A DNA stretch of 64,000 nucleotides from Neoechinorhynchus agilis (lineage: Eukaryota > Animalia > Acanthocephala), in contig CM121341.1 of NCBI GenBank assembly GCA_051530055.1, positions 1 to 64,000 of the forward strand, in the 5' to 3' direction. The position numbers and the translations under genes were made by a program. Positions 37,976 through 49,093 of the stretch are shown one piece after another. Every line of letters begins with the position of its first letter. Within the stretch, counting starts at the first letter, position 1. The notes under the pieces were generated by a model. That model searched no databases. It was not told the origin of the DNA and saw only the letters and a list, made by a program, of their open reading frames with translations.

Positions 37976-40335
37976 GTTTTCCAAAAGCGCGTGTAAATTT
38001 AAGGGAAATACTAAGAGTGAGCACACGAATGCGTTTGTAAATCTCTTGTTTTAATTTGATTGGTAATGTTTTCCAAAAGCGCGTCTAAATTAAGGTGAAG
38101 AGCTAAAAATGAGTAAATTAATGGGTTTTTAAATCTCGAGTTTTTAATTGATTGATAATGTTTTCCAAAAGCGCGTCTAAATTAAAGCGAAGCACTAAGA
38201 GTGAGAACACGAATGCGTTCTCATATCTCTTGTTTTTATTTTGATTGATAATGTTTTCCAAAGCGCGTCTAAATTAAAGTGAAGAACTAAGAGTGAGTAC
38301 ACGAATGCGTTCTAAAATCTCTAGTTTTTACTTGATTGATAATGTTCTCCAAAAGCGCGTCTAAACTAAAGTGAAGCACCAAGAGATAATACAGGAATGC
38401 GTTTTCAAATCTCTTATTTATATTGAGTTGTAATATTTTCCAAAATCGCGTCTACATTAAAGCGGAGCACAAAGAGTGAGGACACGAATGCGTTTTCAAA
38501 TCTATTGTTTTTATTATTGATAATGTATTCAAAAAGCACTTCCAAATTAAAGCGATGCACTATGTCTGAGTACACGAATGCGTTTTCAAATCTCTTGTTT
38601 TTATTGTATTGATAACGTTCTCCAATTGCGCGCCAAAGTTAAAGCGAAGCTATAGGAATGAGTACACGAATGCGTTTTTAAATCTCTTGTTTTCATTGTA
38701 TTGATCATTTTTTTCCAAAAGGGTGTCTCAATAAAAGTGAAGCACTAGGAGTTAGTACCCCAAGTCGTTTTAAAATCTCGAGTTTTTATTTTATTGATAA
38801 TGTTTTCCAAAAGCGCGTGTAAATTGAATTGAAGCACTAAGAGTGAGTACACGAATGCGTTTTCAAATCTCATGTTTTTATCTGATTGATAATGTTTTCC
38901 AAAAGCGCGTATAAATTAAAGCGAAGCACTAAGAGTGAGTACACGAATGCGTTTTCAAATCTCGAGTTTTTATTTAATTGATGATGTTTTCCAAAAGCGC
39001 TTGTAAATTAAAACGAAGTACTAAGATTGAGTGCGCGAATGCGTTTTCAAATCACTTGTTTTTATTTGGTTGATAATGTTATCCAAAATCGCGTCCAAAT
39101 TAAAGCGAAGAACTAAGAGTGAGTAGACGAATGCGTTTTCTAATCTCTTGTTTTTATTTGGTTGATAATGTTTTCCAAAAGTGCGTCCAAATTAAAGCGA
39201 AGAACTAAGAGTGAGTACACGAATGCGTTTTCAAATCTCCTGTTTTTATTTGATTCATGATCTTTTCTAAAAGCGCATCTAAATTTAAGTGAAGCACAAA
39301 GGGTGAGTACAAAAATGCGTTTTCAAAACTAATATTTTTATCTGATTGATTATGTTTTCCAAAAGCGCCTGTAAATTAAAACGAAGCACTAAGAGTGAGT
39401 ACACAAATGCGCTTTAAAATCTCGAGTTTTTTTTATTGATAATGTTTTCCAAGAGGGCCTCTAAATTGAAACGAAGCACTAGGAGTATGCTCACGAATGC
39501 GTTTTTAAATCCATAGTTTTGTTTTGATTGATAATGTTTTCAAAAAATGCGTCTAAATTAATGTCAAGAACTAAGAATGAGTAAACAAATGCGTTTTGAA
39601 ATCTCGAGTTTTTATATGATTGATAATATTTTCCAAAAGCGCGTTTAAATTAAAGAAAAGCACCAAGAGATAATACACGAATGCGTTTCAAAATCTGGAG
39701 TTTTTATTTGGTTGATAATGTAATCCAAAAGCGCGTCTAAATTAAAGTGAAGCACTAAGAGTTATTACACGAATGCGTTTTCAAATCTCGAGTTCTTATT
39801 TGATTTATAATGTTTTCCAAAAGCGCCTGCAAATTGAAGCGAAGCACTAAGAATGAGTACACGAATGCGTTCTCAAATCTTTACTTTTTATTTGATTGAT
39901 AATGTTTTCCAAAAGTGCGTCCAATTTAAAGTGAAGAGCTAAGAATGAGTAAACGAATGTGTTTTGAATTCTCGAGTTTTTATTTGATTGATGATGAGTT
40001 CCAAAAGCGCGTCTAAAATAAAGTGAAGCACTAGGAGTGAGTACAGGAATGCGCTCTCAAATCTCGAGTTTTTATTATATATGTAATGCTTTCTAAAAGC
40101 GCCTGTAAATTAAAACGAAGCACTAAGGATGAGTACACGAATGCGTTTCCAAATCTTTAATTTTTATTTAATTGATAATGTTTTCCAAAAGCGCGTCTAA
40201 ATTAAAGTGAAGCACTAAAAATGAGTAAACGAATACGTTTTTAAATCTCGAGTATTTATTTGATTGATTATGTTTTCATAAATCGCGTCTAAATTAAGGC
40301 GAAACACTAAGAGGGAGTACACAAATTCGTTTTCA
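37976..40335 (+). repeat. Tandem satellite, ~92-bp monomer, ~25 copies
   Basis: ttttccaaaagcgcgtctaaattaaagcgaagcactaagagtgagtacacgaatgcgttttcaaatctc...gattgataatg; 38161 to 40181 is 22 periods. Confidence 0.97.
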
Positions 40336-40532
40336 AGTCTCGAGCACCAGTTTTGGCATGCCCAAAAAGGAACGGCAATAAAAGAATCATACTCGGTGGA
40401 GTTGAAAAGAGGTAGTCAATTATAAAATTGAGATATATTATGGACACTTTCCCTTTCTTGAAATAAAAAATGGAAGTTCTAAGGATGCGAAGCACTAAGA
40501 GTGAATACACGAATACGTTTTCAATTCTCTTC

Positions 40533-43503
40533 TAGTTGAAAAACTTGCAAACACTTGAAGATCGAATTATCACGGTAAACAACAAGCTTGTGCCAAAATA
40601 TTGGAATTAATTAAACAACGTCCGCCGCGGCGGCTGTTTCGCTTGCTGGCGAAGAGGTGCCCAGTCTCCAATGCAAATCCGTCAAATGCAGTGTTTGTCT
40701 TCGTGTCTTCAAACCGACTCTCAGTGGTCCCGTCCGCTCCCACGGTCAACATGGTTCGCACTGCCCTGGATCCAGAAAAACCTCCAACTCAGCCTGCTTC
40801 TCCGTCTTCATCCAATCCATCCAATTTAACCGAACTCACAACTGTGGTCACAGACATGAATGCCCCACCGCCAGCACTGATCGAGATGCTTTCACACGGT
40901 ACCCGTATGATTAGACGAATCCCGCGAGGCGCCAGGTCCTCCGTAGCTTCCAAATTAGCATGCCTGATCGAGCGTATCATACGAGATCCAACCGTACCAT
41001 CTGACTGGTTCAACCTCCTCGCGTTTCCCAAAGCCGACTTACGTGTTCCCACACAAACTGCTGAAGCCAACGAGAATCAATCGCTCAGTCAAAAGATTCG
41101 AAACAGGTCCGACGCTTTCGAGTCCTTTGAACAAGTCGAGCATCTTGGATGGCAGAGCCTTCGCCGTAATTTTCCTCACGACCCGGACTCTCAACTACGT
41201 GCGAAATGCTCCGAGAAGCTGGAGGACGGCGACCTGAGGGGCGCCGTTCGACTTGTAAGCGGAACGGACCGTCTACTCGCGCCGAACAAGGACATAATGG
41301 ACTCCTTAAAATTGAAGCATCCTCCACGCAGACGGAGTTGCTTCAAGCCAAATTATGATCCGTCGTTCACAGAGTCCGACCGCGATCTCCTCATACCCAT
41401 TACAGTCTCCACCGTCACTTACGCTCTGATGTCCTTTCCGCCATCGTCAGCTGGATGGCATGATGGTTTAAGCCCTCGACACTTACGGGATTTGACCTGT
41501 TTCTCTTCTGGAGCTACAGGTACACGATTGCTGAACGCAATCACCGAGCTCACACGCGTAATCGTCCGCGGTTCCGTACCTCCTCCAGTCGCGCGTTTAC
41601 TCTGCGGTGCCAAGCTGATCGCTTTCACAAAAAAAGGTGGAGGGGTTCGTCCCATTGCCGTTGGTTGTACCTTCCGTCGACTGGTATCCAAAGTCGCGTG
41701 TCAGTTCGCCACCGATCGATTGATCGATCAACTCTTGCCGGTTCAATTAGGAGTCGGAGTTCCTGCTGGAGCCGAGGCGGCCGTACACTCAGCACGAGCG
41801 TATAGTCGAAATGGTATCAATAAGGGAACGGCTGTGGTCAAGCTTGACATGGAGAACGCGTTCAATTCAATATGCCGCACCGCGATGACAGAGGTTGTCC
41901 ACCATCACATACCAGAAATCTACCAGTATGTGTCCTTGTGCTACGACCAGTCCAGCATGCTGCTGTTTGGCGAGTTCCAGGTCGAATCAGCAGAGTGTGT
42001 TCAACAGGGTGATCCTCTAGGTCCTCTGCTGTTCGCATTGACGATCAATCATCTCGCCCACAGCTCTTCGTCAAATTTTTCGATCTGGTACCTCGACGAC
42101 TGTTGCATTGGAGGGGAGATCGACCAGCTCATTCGCGACATCAAAAACATCTCCGAAATGGGTGCCGATATCGGACTATTCCTGAGAACGGACAAATGCG
42201 AAATCATTTCGGACGACCAAGAGGATGCATCGAGACTGCTCACCGTACTGCCCGGAGCAAAGACAACTGCAACCGACTCAGCTGACATTCTCGGGTCTCC
42301 AATCGGTAACCTGTCTAACCTGGAAACTTTCCTTTCAAAAGCCATCGATCAATTGCGGCTCACTGCCTCCAGGCTCTTGCACATCGCGCGACACGACGCT
42401 CTGTTCATATTATCACGATGTCTGTCGCTTCCGAAGATTGCGTACCTTCTGAGGACTTCTCCATGCTTCAAGTCAGTGCTCACCAGGGATTTCGACAACT
42501 GCGTTCGATCAACCCTGTCAGAAGTACTTAACCTACGACTGTCCGACACAGCATGGAAACAAGCGATCCTTCCCATTCGATTCGGCGGTCTTGGCATCCA
42601 GAGTGCCACCGAAGTAGCAATTCCTGCCTTTTCGTCGTCGATCTCGGTCTCTTCAGACCTGGTGCTGAGAATCATCCAACCACACATTCGACACGCCTGA
42701 ACTGATCGAAGCGCACGCTCAATGGACGTCAGTGTTCGGGCAGGTCGTTCCAACGGAAACAAACTCCCAGAAACGTTGGACTACCTTGCTCCACACTGCG
42801 CATTATCAGCAGCTTCTTAACTCATGCTCATCTCCCAACGATAGAGCTCGTCTCTTGGCAGTCTCAGCTCCACACTCCAGCGACTTCTTGAAGGCTTTCC
42901 CAATCACATCTGTCGGCACGAGGCTGCATGATCAGGCCATCACCGTCGCTGTGGGGCTTCGGTTGGGCATCGAATTCTCAGGCTCATATACGTATCGGTG
43001 CGGTGAGACAGTCAACGGATCGAGAACTCATGGCCTTTACTGCAAGCTCGACTCGAACCAGTTGGACTCTCCCGGAACGACGGTAAACGCCCTGATGGAG
43101 CGACTCTCTTCCCATGAGGTTCCGGGAAAATACTGGTTTTGGATTTTACCAGCCCCAACACGCCCGCAGAATTCCATTTACGGATGCCACCTCAAAGGCG
43201 GGAGCAGTCGCCAGCTTCAGCGAGGAAAGGAAGCGACAGAAGTACTCCTCGTTCGATGGGCATCAATATATTTTCATCCCGATTGCGGTGGAAACACTGG
43301 GATGTCTCGGCAAAGAAGCCGATTATTTCCTCTCACGACTGGGAGGGATGCTAAAACATGCCACCGGCGATATGCGATCCAGCAGCTTCCTGTTGCAGCG
43401 AATCAGCGCGGCGATCCAACGCGGCAATGCCGCGGCCATCAAGGAAGCTGCCGAACAAACATAACATTTGAAGAAAACGAAACTATGTTCATTCATAGAA
43501 TAA
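40533..43503 (+). mobile_element. Second CRE-clade-like non-LTR retrotransposon, ~3 kb, inside the 92-bp satellite, disabled
   Basis: CSVC-x14-H-x6-CPGS finger; RIPRGAR; GVRPIAVG, DMENAFNS, QQGDPLGP, WYLDD; RARLLAVS; KRQKY..PIAVETLG..IQRGNAA; 3' AATAAA; frameshifts and deletions. Confidence 0.88.
40601..42700 (+). CDS. CRE-like RT ORF (true N-terminus in 40657-40914 frame, shift in A-run at ~40776)
   Basis: 699-aa ORF with RT motifs; the duplicate at 49251-49952 has 4 A rather than 5 and keeps the finger in frame. Confidence 0.82.
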   Translation: MELIKQRPPRRLFRLLAKRCPVSNANPSNAVFVFVSSNRLSVVPSAPTVNMVRTALDPEKPPTQPASPSSSNPSNLTELTTVVTDMNAPPPALIEMLSHGTRMIRRIPRGARSSVASKLACLIERIIRDPTVPSDWFNLLAFPKADLRVPTQTAEANENQSLSQKIRNRSDAFESFEQVEHLGWQSLRRNFPHDPDSQLRAKCSEKLEDGDLRGAVRLVSGTDRLLAPNKDIMDSLKLKHPPRRRSCFKPNYDPSFTESDRDLLIPITVSTVTYALMSFPPSSAGWHDGLSPRHLRDLTCFSSGATGTRLLNAITELTRVIVRGSVPPPVARLLCGAKLIAFTKKGGGVRPIAVGCTFRRLVSKVACQFATDRLIDQLLPVQLGVGVPAGAEAAVHSARAYSRNGINKGTAVVKLDMENAFNSICRTAMTEVVHHHIPEIYQYVSLCYDQSSMLLFGEFQVESAECVQQGDPLGPLLFALTINHLAHSSSSNFSIWYLDDCCIGGEIDQLIRDIKNISEMGADIGLFLRTDKCEIISDDQEDASRLLTVLPGAKTTATDSADILGSPIGNLSNLETFLSKAIDQLRLTASRLLHIARHDALFILSRCLSLPKIAYLLRTSPCFKSVLTRDFDNCVRSTLSEVLNLRLSDTAWKQAILPIRFGGLGIQSATEVAIPAFSSSISVSSDLVLRIIQPHIRHA

Positions 43504-44001
43504 ATTGTTTATTTGATTGATAATGTTTTCCAAAAGCGCGTCAAAATTAAAGTGAACCACTAAGAGTGAGCTCACAAATGCGCTTTAAAATTTCGAGTTT
43601 TTATTCGATTGATAATGTTATCCAAAAGCGCGTCTAAATTGAAATGAAACGCTAAGATTGAACCCACGAATGGGTTTTCAAATCTCTTGTTTTTATTTGA
43701 TTGATAATGTTTTCAAAAAGCGCATCCAAATTAAAATGAATCACTTAGAGTGAGCACGCGAATGCGTTTTAAAACTTCGAGTTATTATCTGATTGATAAT
43801 ATTTTCCAAAAGCGCGTCTAAATTAAAGTAAAGATCTTAGAGTGAGAACACGTAAGCATTTCGTAATCTCTTGTTTTTATTTGATTGATAATTTTTTCCA
43901 AAAGCGCGTCTAGGTTAAAGTGAAGCACTGAGAGTGAGTACACGAACGCGTTTTCATCTCTTGTTTTTATTGTGTTGATAATGTTTTTCAAAAGCGCGTC
44001 T
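43504..44001 (+). repeat. 92-bp satellite resumed (~5 copies)
   Basis: Same monomer and orientation as 37976-40335. Confidence 0.95.
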
Positions 44002-44029
44002 ACTTTCTATTTTATTGTGAGGCACGTCC

Positions 44030-44265
44030 ATATTAAGTCTCTTGGCACTGTATCATAGGCTCTCAATGTCCACGAATACATTGTATAGGGGCTTCTGTTT
44101 TTCATTGTATCTCTCGTACAATTGTATGATTAGAAAGATCAATTCTGTTGTTCTCCGCCCTGGCATAAAACTTCTCTGATGTTTTTCGATGCGGATATAT
44201 TCTCTCAGTGTACTGTTAAGAAGCCTTTCATATAGTTTCATTGTGTGACTCATAGGCTTTATGTC
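44030..44265 (-). pseudogene. RTE-clade RT fragment
   Basis: MSHTMKLYER...FMPGRRTTELIF...YNEKQKPLYNVFVDIE followed by YDTVPR in a shifted frame. Confidence 0.75.
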
Positions 44266-44269
44266 CCTA

Positions 44270-47200
44270 TAGTTACTGCATTGTTCAACCAGTTCGAGCA
44301 TCGTGAATCTCGCAATGTCGGACTCCACTTTCGACGATGTAAATCAATTCAATGCGACAAATTTAGAAGCTTGGTATTGAGTACCTCAAATCCTCATGCC
44401 AATGTTACAACAGCACCATCTGCAATTATTTCCTATAAATCCGGAGAGGACGATCCGGCTGCTTGTCCGGCATGTGAACATTTACTGGCTGGAAAAAGAG
44501 GTTATAACGCTCTTGTGAGCCATCTGAAAGACGCCCACAAATCAAACTCGATTATCTTTCAATGCCCAGCATTCGTAGCTAACTATGGTACACCGCCAGC
44601 TATTCGGTCACATGTTACGCATTGTCAGACCGCTTCCAAAGATAAAAACTTGAAATCAGCATGCAAACCAGAAGACTCAGAAAACTGCCTTAATTCAAAT
44701 CGCGCAACCTCAGAAGCTTTTAAAGACTTTTTTCTAAAACGATTGCCAAGGCTATCAGATCAAGGAGGTAATCTTTTACAACACTCGCCCAACAAGACAT
44801 GCCGAATGGATGATGATTTCAACGATTTTGTTCAGCAGGAAGTAAGGGTTACTACAGAAAGCAGTGAAGACTCAGGTGTTAAATCTTCTCATCTTTCTCT
44901 AAATCCTGTGTACAATGACGCTCAATTCAATGGCGATGCATCAACCTCTGAAATTGCCACAGTCAGACCTGCCCCAACTTTTATTCCTACCTCAACAATG
45001 ATGTCTACCTTAAATCTAGTATATACCTCCGCGCAAACCTGTATCAAGTGCATACAACCAATATTGCGCCATGTGCGTCTTCAGCACAGGGGGGACACGA
45101 ACTTATTCTAAACTGTCTTCAACGACAGGATATTCATCCGAGCTAGCGTCATTTCTAAGCAATGAATCTGAAGTGCTACGCAATCAAGCTGGCCCAGCGA
45201 ATCAGGAATTCATCGAATTAAAGAGTGCGCGATATCTGTCGTACTTGAAATGTGGGCGACAAGGTTCTCCCGAATGCCCGTCGATGTCCCGCGCGTGGTC
45301 TCGGCCTCAAAATTTTAAAGCTAAAGAAAAATTCAACAATGGCACTGGGGACTGCCGCCTTTCTCGCCCTCGAGAACCCTAAACAATGGCGGAGAGTAAA
45401 GGACCGCATCTTGGACTGTTTCACTTGAACGCCAATACTATGAGCATGTTGTTAAAAGGCTTCCTGACGCAAATGGCACACTAAACGACTTACTGGATTC
45501 TCTTAAACCGGCTAACGAACTTTCAGCTCACTTCATCTTGTAGGCCGCAGCGACTGCCTTTCAATGTGATTTTGTGGTGTATACTCAAAGCGACGACGCC
45601 CCAATTCGAATTCGATCTATCGCTTAACGTCTAGATCGACGATTCTGGAACTTATACATGCGAACGTTCTCGAGGTCTGAATTCGATGCAGTTAAACGAT
45701 ATGGTTAAAAGACGATACCGCGCCCTTTATTTCAACAATACAAGTCGACTTGCCAACTTGATATTTAAGTCGGGCGAAAACCGCCAGCCTACTATGCTAC
45801 ACTCAGAATGTGTCAAACACTTACGTTCACTATTCAAGGATTCCCAAGTGACGAATCGTATCTCTCCTCTCAATTCTGGTTCGTGTGATTTGCTTTCGTT
45901 GGAGGAATTATGGCCTGCTGTAACCGTAGAGGAAATACAAGTTGCGATTCACGGCATAAAGTCAAGCAGTTCCGTCGGCCCCGATAAGATAGTACTTCGT
46001 GAAATTCGGGCCTTCGATAAGCACCTTGTAGAGCTTACAGTATTGGATCTTAATAGTCTTTTTGAAGATACCAAACAAGCGGGTTTGAGTCCTACACAAG
46101 CAGCGCATATGATTAATGACTATGGACTCCCGCGCCTTGTATCCCGGCTACAAGCTGCTCACGGCATTTTGTCAACTTCCCTAGACAAGCGTGAACAGCA
46201 CTGGAGTACAAAACAGAAGTTGTTATTTCTCCCCCACTTTTTAAATGATGGGGTAAGCATTCCGTGATGAGTTCAAGAATGAAGAGTTACACTGCAGCAA
46301 ATTCACACTATTGTGACCTGGACGAAGACCAGCGTGTTTACAAAAATCTCGAGGAATATGTTATCAGCATCGCTGGATCACCGTCCGACTTCTCAGTCGA
46401 GAACATGAGGAATATTTATACAAGATACCTCGAGAAAAAGTGGAAGACGCAACGGGGACATTTCAATCATTCGGCGCGAACTTTCCGATACCGTCAAGAA
46501 AACTACTACAATTATACAATGTGAGTAAAAATGCGGTATCAACTGCTGGAGGTTGCATCAAATCTCTCCAGGATGGGCCAAGCCCGAAGCACTGAAGACA
46601 CTGTATGGCACCAGCACAGACGCAACCTCATGTACTAAATCTCTGCCCGAAAAACACAACTAAATTGGTAAAGCACCACGATGAGGTCCAAGGACGCTTT
46701 ACATGGGATCTACAGAAGCGATGGGGCTCTCGGTGGGAGATTGATACCGAGAACCGTATTCTCGGTTTGAAGTTCCAATTGAGAATTGTACCCACGATCC
46801 AGGAGGGCAGGTGTAAAAACCGGATGCAATATTAGTCGATTAAAACGACAAGAAGCGATCATAGTTGACTTTGTCGTCTATTACGAAAATACAAATGAAC
46901 GCACAGAGGAAATTATGACTGCGAAAGAGGATAAATATACCGCAAATAAAGATGAGGTAGCAATACAGCTGGATTTTCCTCCTGAAAGCGTTTCGACAAT
47001 GGGACTCGCTGTTGGCTCAAGAGGTAGTTATTCAAATGGATTGATCAAGCGGCTAAAAAAATCCAATTTGTCAATTAAAACCGCTTTGAATTTGGCTACA
47101 ATTCGGCAGAGAAAAACTTAAAGACGTTCCACCTTTTCATGACACGAAGCAGAAGAATCAATGATCTTTAAATAACAATGCATGGAACACAATTCAAATA

Positions 47201-47292
47201 AATGAAGAATCAGCTATGAAAAAATATGGAAAAAATTGATCAAAAGCATTAAACCCGTGTGAAAGAACATATCTCCAAAATAAATGCATGCC
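44270..47292 (+). mobile_element. Decayed, 5'-truncated R2-like element related to family 'a' but with a different RLE tail and 3'UTR
   Basis: HRESRNVGLHFRRCK, CPACE fingers, GPDKIVLREIR, HHDEVQ, VDFVVYYE, KEDKY, GLAVGSRG; RT core deleted; ends at TAGCC. Confidence 0.88.
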
Positions 47293-47380
47293 TAGCCAAA
47301 TGCCTCGTCATGCAATTAGTGACGTTTTGAATCGAAAAAAACTTACAAACACGCGGGTAAACGGTGGACGTAACTATGAC
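47293..47380 (+). other. Mini 28S target cassette: 32-nt downstream target, 27-nt spacer, 29-nt upstream target
   Basis: TAGCCAAATGCCTCGTCATGCAATTAGTGACG / ttttgaatcgaaaaaaacttacaaaca / CGCGGGTAAACGGTGGACGTAACTATGAC. Confidence 0.9.
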
Positions 47381-47900
47381 CTCCTTTATTTCCGTCAAAG
47401 ACAAAGATTCCCTAGGACCCAAAGAAACTATTGAAACAAAAGAAAGCTTATCAGTTTACCCCCATCCGCCGGGTACGAAGCGCTTCGTCGCTTTAGATGG
47501 CGATCTTCCAAACAATGAACCAACTGTTTCAACTGCTGATTCGACTTATTTTTTCACCCAAGAGGCAGAAAAGTCGAGAGTTAACCCCACATCGACCGGA
47601 AGCGAAGCGCATTTTTCAGATGGCGCTTTTCGCGATGATATGGAAGCCGAAAAGCGTTTGAGTGCGGCAATAGCAACAACATCATCACATATTTCAACTT
47701 CCGATCGCCCAAACTTGTCCAATGAACTCACTTCGCCGGTGCAAAGCGGTCAAAGTGGATTTATACAGAAACTTACTAGCAAACCGCAAGAAGGATGTCG
47801 TACTTGAGCAAACAATTTCTATCGTTCAGATCGTGTATTGCACGTTAATTGAGGCTCCTAGGTACCATCACGGGTCATCGGTAAAAAGGTTAAAACAAAC
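47364..47900 (+). pseudogene. 5' fragment of R2-like family 'b'
   Basis: MTSFISVKDKDSLGPKET...HPPGTKRFVALDGD matches the start of the 28358-24431 element; 3' boundary approximate. Confidence 0.8.
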
Positions 47901-48454
47901 CACCAGCTCCAAAACCGCTCAATTCATCAACGAACAAAACAGAACGATGCGCGGAATGTACAAGCAGCGATAGGAAACAGACGGCGATTTGCAATGTACA
48001 AAAAACGGAAGAAATATAGTCCGTGGAATTATTTGGCGCACGTTTAAATTTTTATCATAATTTTTTAATCGAAATAATTTGTGACATGCTCGAAGTCTTT
48101 AAATTATCATGGATTTTATTCTTTTTTAAGGTATTCCATGAAAAATATTCATTATTGAATTAAAGTGCGGTTTTAAGTTTCTCCGAATGAAAATTTATAA
48201 TCGATTTGTAAAGCTGGCAGCATATAAAATAAGTTTTAAACCAGATGGAACGATTGATGAAAAAGGATTTAGTTTCAAAAAATTTGCAAGCTTACTTTGC
48301 AGCGGAGGATGACAAACGGACACCTTATCTTAAAAAGGTTCACTTAATCCCGGAGTAGAGAATGCAAAGACCCGATTTTACGCATCGTCCCTCCACTAAA
48401 AATAGGCTTAAGTGGCTTCTCAAATCTAACATCGATTTTATAGTTGGAGATTTT

Positions 48455-48704
48455 AATGGAGCTAACAAGAAATTAGCATTTTGTTCCCTTCGTTGTGGAA
48501 ACGTATGGGACCTTGGGAGGGTCGGCACTAGCCCTCGTGAAGGACTTGGGGAAACCAATCAACGCGGCGACTGGAGAGCCAAGATCGACTTCGTTCTTTG
48601 CGCAAAAGATAAGCATTGCGGTGCAGCGGGGCAACGCGGCCAGCATTTTGGCCAGCGCCGATGAATGGGAGCGTTGATAATCTGAATTGGATATATAAAA
48701 GTTC
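48455..48704 (+). mobile_element. 5'-truncated CRE-like insertion (~250 bp)
   Basis: PFVVETYG..TGEPRST..KISIAVQRGNAASILA; absent from the paralogous site at ~58500. Confidence 0.8.
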
Positions 48705-49093
48705 ATGAGCCTCACTTAAATCGATTAAATCAATAGTTAACGCAGTAAGAAATCTCGACTTTACGATACCACTGACTCCCTCTTTTTATTTGGTCAGAAG
48801 CAGCACTCATTCATTCTTAGATTTCTTCGTACATAAGGGGAGTGTTAATTTCTTACTTAGAGTCAAGTAAAGTATTTTTGTTTGACTTTGCTAGACACGA
48901 CGTTGCACTATGATCCTGCTTACCCAATGACTCATTGCGTAACTATTGGAAAACATTATAAACCAAATAAAAACTCGAGATTTGGAAGCGCATTCGTGTA
49001 CTCACTCTTATTGTATCGCTCCTGATTCTAAAATTACTGCGGAGGAGTATGATATGGTTAATTGTAAAAAAGTTAACGATAGGAAAAGCGAAG

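Noticed and set aside
37976-40335. Regularly spaced repeats as a possible CRISPR array
   Set aside because: Whole ~92-bp monomers are homologous with no unique spacers; eukaryotic context; no cas genes.
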